Of a DNA stretch of 43,665 nucleotides, positions 9,584 through 18,112 are shown piece by piece. The DNA is from an uncultured Lachnospiraceae bacterium (GTDB lineage Bacteria > Bacillota > Clostridia > Christensenellales > Pumilibacteraceae), in assembly GCA_964438355.1 (NCBI GenBank), contig CAYTKK010000001.1:1-43665 (forward strand), read 5' to 3'. The notes beneath the pieces are model-generated. The model was given only the letters and a program-made list of their open reading frames with translations, did no database searches and was not told where the DNA came from. Every line of letters starts with the position of its first letter. Within the stretch, counting starts at the first letter, position 1. The translations under genes were made by a program, and so were the position numbers.

Positions 9584-9612
9584 TTGACTATACTGCAAAT
9601 TATATGTATAAT
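9584..9612 (+). promoter_or_regulatory. Near-consensus promoter for the AraC gene
   Basis: TTGACT (9584-9589), a 17-nt spacer, then TATAAT (9607-9612). On the opposite strand, TTGTTT-17 nt-TATAAT faces the GRE gene, so the two promoters are back to back. Confidence 0.55.
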
Positions 9613-9630
9613 ACTATTTAGGTGACGACT

Positions 9631-10431
9631 ATGGAAATATCAACCGCACATATAAAATATTTCAAGAAGAGCGGCTTCGATTCTGTATCCAACGAAAACG
9701 AAACGCACGTAAAAGTTCTTCCGTACCTTTCCGTAGTGCAATCGCTCGAAGGAAATTACGATATTGCTCTAGGAAACGGACAACTCGAGCACACCGAAGA
9801 GGGCGGGTTTTTTATCGCTCCTGCGGGCGTAAAACAACACATCGTACATCACACAAACAAGAAAAGCGGAAAAATGACCTGCCGCTGGATATTCATTGAC
9901 GTCGAAATAAACAAGATGTTTTCGTTGGACGCGCTCTATCAATTCCCCACAGTCATAAACGACGACAGAATGGGCAAAATAAACGCGCTGTTTGACCGCA
10001 TATTTTCGACAAACGACGTATGGGACAACTACTCCGATTGCTATAAACTGCTGGGCTGTCTTGTTCAAACGGCAACACCGCTTAAAAACGAAACGCACCG
10101 AGGAGTACAACGCGCGATAACATACATAAAAGAGCACTATCAAGAACAAATTACGGTTGGCGTTTTGGCAAAAGCGGCGAATATGTCCGAATCGAATTTT
10201 TATGCGGCGTTCAAAAAGCATGTCGAAAATTCGCCGATTGCATACCTTAATCAATACAGATTATCCATCGCCGCAGACAAACTGATACTAACGGACCAAA
10301 CGATTAGCGAACTCAGCTGTTCGGTCGGTATAATCGACGCGTTATATTTTAGTAAACTATTCAAAAAAACCTACGGCATATCGCCCAAGAAATATCGCTT
10401 GGTATATCGAAACGATTACTCCGCTAGCTAA
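9631..10431 (+). CDS. AraC family transcriptional regulator (N-terminal cupin-type sensor, C-terminal double HTH)
   Basis: The C-terminus reads ITVGVLAKAANMSESNFYAAFKKHVENSPIAYLNQYRLSIAADKL...YFSKLFKKTYGISPKKYR. I prefer the ATG at 9631, which follows AGGTGA, to the GTG at 9622. Confidence 0.85.
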   Translation: MEISTAHIKYFKKSGFDSVSNENETHVKVLPYLSVVQSLEGNYDIALGNGQLEHTEEGGFFIAPAGVKQHIVHHTNKKSGKMTCRWIFIDVEINKMFSLDALYQFPTVINDDRMGKINALFDRIFSTNDVWDNYSDCYKLLGCLVQTATPLKNETHRGVQRAITYIKEHYQEQITVGVLAKAANMSESNFYAAFKKHVENSPIAYLNQYRLSIAADKLILTDQTISELSCSVGIIDALYFSKLFKKTYGISPKKYRLVYRNDYSAS

Positions 10432-10593
10432 AAATGCTCTTTTCTATTTTCCCTGTAGTAAATTTATTGCTTCCTTGTAGTAAATCTTATTGCGTTTTCA
10501 ACGTTACGTGACCATTGCTTTTCTCTAATTTAATTTTTACGCATAAAACGACAAAACGCAAACCGAATCATTCGATTCGACTTGCGTTTTTAA

Positions 10594-10668
<75 letters not shown>

Positions 10669-10798
10669 ACGTTCATCGCACATTTACGAATATATTATAA
10701 CACTCTCTTTTTATGTTGTCAACGCAAAATCAAGTTACAAAAACAAAAAATAGAACAAGCGGTTGACTCGTACGCAAAAGACGTAGTACAATAAACGT

Positions 10799-11728
10799 AT
10801 GAACGGAAACGAAAACAACAAAATATGCGTCGGACGTTTTGCTCCCACGCCGTCGGGACGAATGCATTTGGGAAATATTTTTTCTGCAATGATCGCTTAT
10901 TTAAGCGCAAAGTCGTCGAACGGAAAATTCTTGCTACGAATCGAGGACCTAGACAAAGCTCGCTGTCCGCGCACGCTATCCGACCAAATACTTTCCGACC
11001 TCGAATGGTTTGGCTTCGAATGGGACGACGAAGTCACGTTTCAAAGCGAACGCGACGAATTGTACGAGGAAGCTTTTTGCAAATTAAAAAATGCGGGACT
11101 AATTTATCCTTGCTTTTGTTCGCGAGCAAGACTGCATTCGCCCGAGCTTGCCCCTCACGGCTACACGCCGGTATACGACGGAAAATGTCGCTCGCTTTCT
11201 CCGGACGCATATCCCCCAAAACCTCCGGCTTACCGAGTTAAAACAAGCGGAGAAATTACGTTTACGGATATGCTTTTAGGACAGCAAACCGAAAATCTTA
11301 CTACCGAATGCGGCGATTTTATCGTAAAAAGAGCGGACGGAGTGTTTGCGTACCAACTCGCGGTAGTCGTCGACGACTACAAAACCGGCGTTACCGAAGT
11401 AGTACGCGGCTTTGACTTACTTCACTCGACCGCACGGCAGATATATCTATACAGAGCGCTAGGCTACAAAGAGCCGAATTTTTGTCACGTTCCGCTTGTC
11501 ACGGACGAGGGCGGCGTAAAAATGAGTAAACGCGACGGAAAATCGAATCTTGCGTTTATACGCGAACGTTTTGCGTATCCTAACGCCATAATAGGCGCGC
11601 TAGCCGCAAGCGCGGGAATTATCGACGATTACCGAGAAATTTCGCTTCGCGAACTGTTGCCGCTGTTTAATCTTGACAAGCTAAAACGCACCGACTTCTC
11701 TATTGACTATTTCGGAATATTAGACTAA
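10799..11728 (+). CDS. gluQ: Glutamyl-Q tRNA(Asp) synthetase-like protein (truncated GluRS paralogue)
   Basis: The 309-aa protein has a class I aaRS core without an anticodon-binding domain. Motifs: GRFAPTPSGRMHLGN (HIGH-like), CFC...YDGKC (zinc site), YQLAVVVDD and KMSKRDG. Confidence 0.78.
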   Translation: MNGNENNKICVGRFAPTPSGRMHLGNIFSAMIAYLSAKSSNGKFLLRIEDLDKARCPRTLSDQILSDLEWFGFEWDDEVTFQSERDELYEEAFCKLKNAGLIYPCFCSRARLHSPELAPHGYTPVYDGKCRSLSPDAYPPKPPAYRVKTSGEITFTDMLLGQQTENLTTECGDFIVKRADGVFAYQLAVVVDDYKTGVTEVVRGFDLLHSTARQIYLYRALGYKEPNFCHVPLVTDEGGVKMSKRDGKSNLAFIRERFAYPNAIIGALAASAGIIDDYREISLRELLPLFNLDKLKRTDFSIDYFGILD

Positions 11729-11877
11729 AGTAAGGCAAAACGCGGCCACTTACCGAGTATCATACGCAAAAACTTAACAAAAAACAAGGCAGAACGATAT
11801 CTTTCGCCTTGTTTTTTTGTTAAACCGATTATCTCGCAAACAACTTGCGATTTTTTGTTATTCGCACGAATGCGCGC

Positions 11878-13668
11878 CTATTCCTCGTCGTCGAACTGAG
11901 CATTATACAAGTCCGAGTAAAATCCGCCGCGCGCCATCAATTCGTCGTGACTGCCTTGCTCGATTACATTGCCGTCACGCATAACGAGTATTACGTCGGC
12001 ACTCTTTATCGTAGAAAGTCTATGTGCCACGATAAACGACGTTTTACCCTTCATCAGTCGCTCGAACGCCTGTTGAACCAGTATCTCGGTTCGCGTATCA
12101 ATCGACGATGTCGCCTCGTCGAGAATAAGCATGGGCGGACGAGTAAGCATTACTCGTGCAATACACAGAAGCTGTCGTTGCCCCTGACTAAGCTCCTCAC
12201 CGCCTACGCTCAACACGGTATCGTACCCATGAGGCAACTTTTCAATAAAGCCGTGCGCTCGCGCCGCCTTTGCCGCCGCAATTACTTCTTCGTCCGTTGC
12301 CGACGGATTGCCGTACGCAATGTTTTCGCGCACAGTGGCGTTTTTAAGCCAAGTTTCTTGCAAGACCATTCCGTACGAGCGACGAAGCGAACCGCGCGTT
12401 ACCGAAGCGATATTTTTGCCATCAACCTCGATTGCTCCGCCTTTTATGTCGTAAAAGCGCATCAACAAATTGATAAGCGTCGTTTTCCCGCAACCGGTCG
12501 GACCGACAATAGCGACGCGTTTGCCGCTTTCCACGTCGAGGCTCAATCCGTCTATAAGCGGGCGACTCTCGTCGTAATTGAAGCGAACGTTATCAAGGCT
12601 AACGTCGCCGCGAACGTTCTCGAGGCGCGGCAAACCGCTGTCGTCGGACATTTCGGGTGCCGCAAGCAGTACAAAAACTCTGTCAGCCGCTCCCGCCGCC
12701 GTTTGTAATTCCGTAATTACGCCGGTTATTTCGTTGAACGGCTTGGTATATTGGTTAGCATAAGTAAGAAAACACGACAACGCGCCCACCGTCATTACGC
12801 TTGCGCCCGTCCAAGCCGCGTCCGCGCCGCCTATTACCAAAACGGCGCCTAAAACGCACACTGTGACGTAAACGATGTTGTTTACGAATCGAGTGCAAGG
12901 ATTTATCATCGCAGAATAAAACGCCGCGTTCTGCCCCCAATGCTTAAGTTCGGAATTTATCTGTCCGAACCTGTTTTCCGCGCGCTTTTCGTACCCAAAC
13001 AGTTTAACCACGCGTTGCGCCCCGACGGTCTCGTTTACAAGCCCAGACAATTCGCCGCGTTTTTTCGCCTGCATAGCAAACATATTGTGGCACCCGCGAG
13101 CTATAAAGTACGCGACAAACAGCGATATCGGCGTCAGCGCAACTACAACCGTGGCAAGCAACCAATTGACCGAATACATAAAGCCAAGCGTACCCAAAAT
13201 GGTTACAACGCCCGAAAACAATTGTGAAAAGCCTTGAATCAAACCGTCCGATATTTGGTCGACGTCGCTACCGACTCGCGCCATAATATCGCCCACGGAA
13301 CGACTGTCGATATACGAAAGCGGCAACCGGTTTAGTTTCGCGAATGCGTCGCGACGCAAAAACATTATCATTCCGTACGACGCCGAGTTTATAAGCAAAC
13401 TGGCAACGTATTGACACACTGCCGCCGCAACAATAAGCGCTCCCAAAATAAGAGCGTTAGTCGCTATCACCTCGAAATCCACGTTACCCGCGCCAACGAT
13501 ATAGTCAACCGTATTTCCGATTATTATGGGCGCCAATAAAGTAGCCGCTATTTGAACGGCGGAAAACAAAAGCGCAAGCAAAATTTTCCAAAGCACCGGA
13601 CGCGAATATCGCATAACGTTAAAGAGTGCGGACAAGACGGACGTCTTTTTTTCTTTTTTCACGCTCAT
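11878..13668 (-). CDS. ABC exporter, fused permease/ATPase, subunit with the consensus ATP site
   Basis: Walker A GPTGCGKTT, signature LSQGQRQ, Walker B MLILDEATSSID. The start at 13668 forms an ATGA overlap with the upstream partner's stop. Confidence 0.9.
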   Translation of the reverse strand: MSVKKEKKTSVLSALFNVMRYSRPVLWKILLALLFSAVQIAATLLAPIIIGNTVDYIVGAGNVDFEVIATNALILGALIVAAAVCQYVASLLINSASYGMIMFLRRDAFAKLNRLPLSYIDSRSVGDIMARVGSDVDQISDGLIQGFSQLFSGVVTILGTLGFMYSVNWLLATVVVALTPISLFVAYFIARGCHNMFAMQAKKRGELSGLVNETVGAQRVVKLFGYEKRAENRFGQINSELKHWGQNAAFYSAMINPCTRFVNNIVYVTVCVLGAVLVIGGADAAWTGASVMTVGALSCFLTYANQYTKPFNEITGVITELQTAAGAADRVFVLLAAPEMSDDSGLPRLENVRGDVSLDNVRFNYDESRPLIDGLSLDVESGKRVAIVGPTGCGKTTLINLLMRFYDIKGGAIEVDGKNIASVTRGSLRRSYGMVLQETWLKNATVRENIAYGNPSATDEEVIAAAKAARAHGFIEKLPHGYDTVLSVGGEELSQGQRQLLCIARVMLTRPPMLILDEATSSIDTRTEILVQQAFERLMKGKTSFIVAHRLSTIKSADVILVMRDGNVIEQGSHDELMARGGFYSDLYNAQFDDEE

Positions 13669-15395
13669 CCTTTCGCCTCCTCGCCCTTCAGTTGCGAAGC
13701 ACAAATATCTCGATAAAGTTCACAGCCGTTCACCAATTCCTCGTGCGTTCCTTTAGCCGCAATTCTGCCGTCTTCCATAACCAAAATAAGGTCGCAATTC
13801 TTTATCCCGCTTACGCGTTGAGTAACCGTGACAAGAGTCGTTCCCTTTACGGCTACAAGAGTTTTCAGTCCGTTACGAAGCGCGCGCTCCGTTGCGTAAT
13901 CCAGTGCCGACGAACTGTCGTCGAGGATAAGAATTTCGCTTCCGCAAATAAGCGAACGCGCAATGCACAAGCGCTGGCGCTGACCGCCCGAAAAATTCGT
14001 CCCGCCCGCCGACACCGAACGGTCAAGTCCGTCTTTGTCTATAAAATTCACCTGAGCAAGATTAAGCGCCGCCAGAATTTCCTCGTCGGTAGCATCCTCT
14101 TTTCCCCAACGCATATTGTCGCGAACCGTCCCCTCGAACAATACGGCTTTTTGCGGAACGACGGCAACCATATCGCGAATTTGCTCGAAATTGTAATCGC
14201 GAATATCAGTGCCGAACAGCTTAACCGTTCCTTCGTCCGCGTCGTACAAACGCGCCATCAGCGAAATAAGCGTCGACTTACCGCTACCCGTTCCGCCCAA
14301 AATTCCTATGCTCTGTCCTCGCTCTACGGTAAAGTCGATATTCTCCAGCGTGCGCTTACCCGCATTGTACGAAAAGCTCACGCCGCTCATTTCTACGGCG
14401 ATTTCGCCGTTCTTTTTCTCTGCGCCCGCGCCTTCGACCAGCGACGGGGAAATATCCAAAACCTCGTTTATGCGCGCCGCCGACGCGGAAGCCTTTGTAA
14501 AGGTTACGATAAGATTTGCAAAGACTATCAGCGCGTTAAGAACTTGAAGCAAATAGTTTACCAGCGCTATTATTTCGCCCTGCGTAAGCGAACCGTAATA
14601 TACCTGCATTCCGCCAAACTGCAACAGCAAAATAATTCCCACGTTGACGATAGCATACGTCAAGGGATTAAGAAGCGCCGAAAGAGCGCCGGCTCGTTCG
14701 CTTGCTTGGCGCAACGAATCGGACGCGGAATTGAATCGTTTTTCCTCGCCCGCCTCCGCACCGAAAGCGCGTACGACTCTGGCTCCGCTGACGGACTCTC
14801 TCGTAAGCGTCGTAACTTTATCCAGTTTATCTTGCGCCTTCTTGTACTTAGGCATAGTACCCGTCATTATAAAATACAGCACGAGCGCGATTATAATTCC
14901 GGCACCGATGAAGATAAGCGAAAGCTTTATGTCTATAATCATCGCCATTACAGCCGCTCCGACTGCAATAAACGGCGCCCTGGTAACTAGGCGAATAAAC
15001 ATCGCAATCGCCTGTTGCGTCTGATTTACGTCTGACGTCAGCCTCGTAACTAGCGACGACGGAGTAAAACAATCCAACTCGCGCATGGAAAGACGATTTA
15101 TGTGCGCGTACATCTCCTTGCGCAAATTCGTTCCGAATCCAAGCGACGCGCGCGAAGCAAAAAACTGCGCGGTAAGAGCAAACGCCAATCCGAAAACGCC
15201 TAAGCATATCATAATGACGCAACCTTTGACAAGCGCAGAAAAATCGCCCTCCCGACCAAGCGGAATGGCTACGTCGATTATATTTGCCACGACTAACGGC
15301 GTAATCAGCTCGAATACAGCCTCTACCAGCTTAAAAACCGGTCCTACAACCGTTTTGAAACGGTATCCTTTAAGAAATTTTAACAGCTTAAACAT
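13665..15395 (-). CDS. ABC exporter, fused permease/ATPase, subunit with the degenerate ATP site
   Basis: Walker A GGTGSGKST, signature FSGGQRQ, Walker B ILILDDSSSALD. Asp replaces the catalytic Glu, as in heterodimeric exporters of the BmrCD/TM287-288 type. Confidence 0.9.
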   Translation of the reverse strand: MFKLLKFLKGYRFKTVVGPVFKLVEAVFELITPLVVANIIDVAIPLGREGDFSALVKGCVIMICLGVFGLAFALTAQFFASRASLGFGTNLRKEMYAHINRLSMRELDCFTPSSLVTRLTSDVNQTQQAIAMFIRLVTRAPFIAVGAAVMAMIIDIKLSLIFIGAGIIIALVLYFIMTGTMPKYKKAQDKLDKVTTLTRESVSGARVVRAFGAEAGEEKRFNSASDSLRQASERAGALSALLNPLTYAIVNVGIILLLQFGGMQVYYGSLTQGEIIALVNYLLQVLNALIVFANLIVTFTKASASAARINEVLDISPSLVEGAGAEKKNGEIAVEMSGVSFSYNAGKRTLENIDFTVERGQSIGILGGTGSGKSTLISLMARLYDADEGTVKLFGTDIRDYNFEQIRDMVAVVPQKAVLFEGTVRDNMRWGKEDATDEEILAALNLAQVNFIDKDGLDRSVSAGGTNFSGGQRQRLCIARSLICGSEILILDDSSSALDYATERALRNGLKTLVAVKGTTLVTVTQRVSGIKNCDLILVMEDGRIAAKGTHEELVNGCELYRDICASQLKGEEAKG

Positions 15396-15526
15396 AATAC
15401 GTCTGTTATTTTACCACAAAAATTCGATAGTGTAAATCTTTTTATGCGATTATTTCCTTTTTTGTGATTGACCGAGCACGGTAAAATATGCTAATATTGT
15501 TTTATCAAACTTTTTTAGAGGTTAAA

Positions 15527-16228
15527 ATGTCCGTAAACTACAAAAAAGAAATACGAAAAATAGAAAAATCCGTCCGCTCTCTCAAACAAGAGGCGAACCT
15601 TTTACGCAAGGGCTTTTCAAACGCCATTCTTATTCTCGGCGCCGTAGTGGCGCTCGGACTTGCGCTTCAGCTTATCAAAGACAATAAGGTTGCCGCGTAC
15701 GTAGGACTCGCGTTTGTTTTGGCAGGCGCGTTCGGCGTAATAATACTGTACCTAGCGGAAAGGTCACACGGAACTTTAACTTTCACAACATATCATATGG
15801 AACTGGAAAACGGAGAAAGCTTCGAAATACAATATATCGGCAAACGAAAAAGAAGAATACGCGTTGCGGTTCGCGGCAAACTAATCGAATACTATCGCGG
15901 TTACTGCGAAGAAGCGACTACGCTTTACCGCCCCGACATTCCTTGGAACTGGTACGAAAGCGCGGATTTTACAAACGCCTATACGGACAAAAAAGGCAAA
16001 CGCCACTTCCGCGGCACAAGAATCACGGACGAAAAAACTCAATCGGCGTACCTTACGACGGATAAAGGAGTCCTATCATATTGCGAACTCGACGGCGTAA
16101 GAATTTATTACTCGCAAATAAACGCGTTCACCGAACACATCGCGATTCCAGTCGCTCTTTACAACGCCATCACCGCAACGGGAGCACAACTCCCCACAGA
16201 CGGCGTAATATCCGTAGTAAGTAAATAA
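15527..16228 (+). CDS. Hypothetical membrane-anchored protein (2 TM helices plus a roughly 150-aa soluble domain)
   Basis: I recognised no motifs in this ORF. I prefer the start at the ATG at 15527 (MSVNYKKE). A TTGACC-18 nt-TAATAT promoter lies upstream. Confidence 0.5.
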   Translation: MSVNYKKEIRKIEKSVRSLKQEANLLRKGFSNAILILGAVVALGLALQLIKDNKVAAYVGLAFVLAGAFGVIILYLAERSHGTLTFTTYHMELENGESFEIQYIGKRKRRIRVAVRGKLIEYYRGYCEEATTLYRPDIPWNWYESADFTNAYTDKKGKRHFRGTRITDEKTQSAYLTTDKGVLSYCELDGVRIYYSQINAFTEHIAIPVALYNAITATGAQLPTDGVISVVSK

Positions 16229-16293
16229 AACCACGACAAACACTTTGTCCAAAAAAACATTTATACCATATCCGCGCTTGAAAATTTCTATAC

Positions 16294-16336
16294 AAAAAAC
16301 CGACCGTTAGAGACATAACCTAACGGTCGGTTTTTG
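16294..16336. terminator. Bidirectional rho-independent terminator
   Basis: AAAAAA-CCGACCGTTAG-agacataac-CTAACGGTCGG-TTTTT. The stem is a perfect 11 bp, flanked by an A-run and a T-run. Confidence 0.75.
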
Positions 16337-16519
16337 CAAGCGAAAATCTTGTAAGCATAATTTTCGCCGTTCCTCGTTATTTTTTTACGGCGCTGTTTTA
16401 TCCACGATAATTCCTAACGTTTACAAAATCTTTTTGCAGTTGCGGTAGCGTTTTTATTGCGAAAGCTCTCCAAAGCCGTTTACGTTTACCTACTGAAAAA
16501 TAGGCTTTGGCTTTAATCG

Positions 16520-17077
16520 CTACAGCGCGGAAAGAACCTTTTTCCTTACGATTCGTTCGTCGTCGAGGTCGTCGAGCGTAAGCGTCACAAGCGGCAATTG
16601 CGCACGCTCCAAAATGCACCGAACTTTTTCGTCGCGCGCCACGCGCTCCGAACGCTTATGACTGGCGTCGTTAAGTTCGATTACCAACAACGGCTTAAAA
16701 GTTCTTCTATCGCACACGGCAAAATCCACAATCCGAAAAAGCTCGTTGCGATACGAACTTTGCGTCGTTTTATCCAAAAGACTTATAAGCGCCATTTGCG
16801 GATAAACGATACCGCGCGAGCCGATAACGCCTAGCAAAATATCATATAACGCTTGTTCGGGAGCAGACATAATAGATGTCTTTACTGCATAACGATATTC
16901 GGGGTTGACGGGTTCTTCCTTCTTTTGCGGAACAAGCAGATAAGCCGTCGCCAGCGCCCAAAGCAACACGCCGACGATTTTTAACAAAACGTCCGCGTCC
17001 TTCCAAATAAACGAAAGCGAAAACGCAAGCGTGCCCAACAAAACGATAAGCAAAAAATCAATTATCCTTTTCTTCAT
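16520..17077 (-). CDS. Membrane-anchored DUF2726-like protein (PD-(D/E)xK nuclease-fold superfamily)
   Basis: It has two N-terminal TM helices. The C-terminal domain reads EQALYDILLGV...VYPQMAL...FRIVDFAVCDR...PLLVIELNDASHKRSERVARDE, which matches my recollection of the DUF2726 pattern (D-F-x-V ... V-I-E-L-(N/D) ... H). Confidence 0.6.
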   Translation of the reverse strand: MKKRIIDFLLIVLLGTLAFSLSFIWKDADVLLKIVGVLLWALATAYLLVPQKKEEPVNPEYRYAVKTSIMSAPEQALYDILLGVIGSRGIVYPQMALISLLDKTTQSSYRNELFRIVDFAVCDRRTFKPLLVIELNDASHKRSERVARDEKVRCILERAQLPLVTLTLDDLDDERIVRKKVLSAL

Positions 17078-17133
17078 AAATCTTCACCGATTTTTAACGA
17101 TATTTTCCTATAATCCGCATTCATTCGACTCGC

Positions 17134-17178
17134 AAAAAAATCAATCGGGACGAAAACCGCGATACGATCCTCGTCCCG
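17134..17178 (-). terminator. Rho-independent terminator after jag
   Basis: Minus strand: CGGGACGA, a 17-nt loop, TCGTCCCG, then ATTGATTTTTTTG. Confidence 0.6.
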
Positions 17179-17192
17179 AATTTAGTCGCAAA

Positions 17193-18077
17193 TTAGCGCT
17201 CTTCCTTATTCTGTCGACGCTGCGGAATTATAACCACGCGGCGATTCGGCTCGTGCCCGACGCTTGCGGTGGTTACGCCTTCGAAATCCGTCAGCGCGGA
17301 ATGAATAACCTTGCGATGCGTGTTGGACATCGGTTCCAGCGTCACTTTTCTGCCGGTGCGAACGCACTTTGCCGCCATTCTCTTCGCGAGTCGAACAAGC
17401 GTCTCTTCGCGGGTTGCGCGGTAGTTGTGACTGTCGACGTTGACGTGAACGAATTTATCGTTACCCTCCTCGACGGCACGTTTGCACAATATCTGCATTG
17501 CGTCTAACACCTCACCGCGGTGGCCGATAACCGAAGAATCCTCCGTAACTATATCTATGTCGATGCTACCGTGCTCGGTGTTTATTTCGACGCTAGCGTC
17601 TATCTTCATAAACTTAAGAAGCTCCGTCATATATTTTCTTGCAAGTTCCGTCTGTGCGGCGTCGACTTTTTTGGGCGTAACCTTCCTTACCTCGGGACGC
17701 GTATCGGTGACAGCCGGCTTTTTTTCGACTTCAAAGCGTTTGTCGTCAAGCGCTTTTTCTTTTGCGGACGTTTCCTTGCTTTCGCAAGCAACCGAAGCCG
17801 CCTTTCGAGTCTTTGCTTCCGCACCCTTATTTCCGCTTTTTTCGCCTGCGTCATTAGACTTTTTCGCGTCTTTTTCGTGACGTACAGACTCGCCGCCTGT
17901 ATTTTTCTTTTCGGCACGTTCGTCCTCTATCAAAGTAAGTCTAACCTCTGCTTTTCTAAGAAATCCGCCAAGGCTGATAATTTCGACCTCAACCTCATCG
18001 CGTTCCACGCCTAATTGAGCCAATCCCGACGCAATGGCGTCATCTAATTTTTTAGCTTTTGCTACGATTTGTTTCAT
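17193..18077 (-). CDS. jag: Jag/KhpB RNA-binding protein (Jag_N, KH and R3H domains), with a long Lys/Glu-rich linker
   Basis: The N-terminus is AKKLDDAIASGLAQLGVERDEVEVEII. The KH region is IGHRGEVLDAMQIL and the R3H region is MSNTHRKVIHSAL...HEPNRRVVI. It sits in the conserved position after yidC. Confidence 0.85.
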   Translation of the reverse strand: MKQIVAKAKKLDDAIASGLAQLGVERDEVEVEIISLGGFLRKAEVRLTLIEDERAEKKNTGGESVRHEKDAKKSNDAGEKSGNKGAEAKTRKAASVACESKETSAKEKALDDKRFEVEKKPAVTDTRPEVRKVTPKKVDAAQTELARKYMTELLKFMKIDASVEINTEHGSIDIDIVTEDSSVIGHRGEVLDAMQILCKRAVEEGNDKFVHVNVDSHNYRATREETLVRLAKRMAAKCVRTGRKVTLEPMSNTHRKVIHSALTDFEGVTTASVGHEPNRRVVIIPQRRQNKEER

Positions 18078-18112
18078 TTCAACCTCTCCAATCTAAACAC
18101 ACGCCGTCGTTA

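Noticed and set aside
13626-14990. Very long antisense ORFs: 454 aa here, and also 11845-12708, 24819-25682, 39246-40019, 40095-40823, 41883-42854, 2252-3148 and 38532-39209.
   Set aside because: - Each lies opposite a gene with unmistakable family motifs (ABC, zinc-ribbon, lipoprotein, nusG/secE).
- Their translations are Arg/Ser/Leu-rich and low in complexity, and they lack RBSs.
- They are best explained by the sense strand using few TTA/CTA/TCA codons. I therefore treat them as shadow ORFs.
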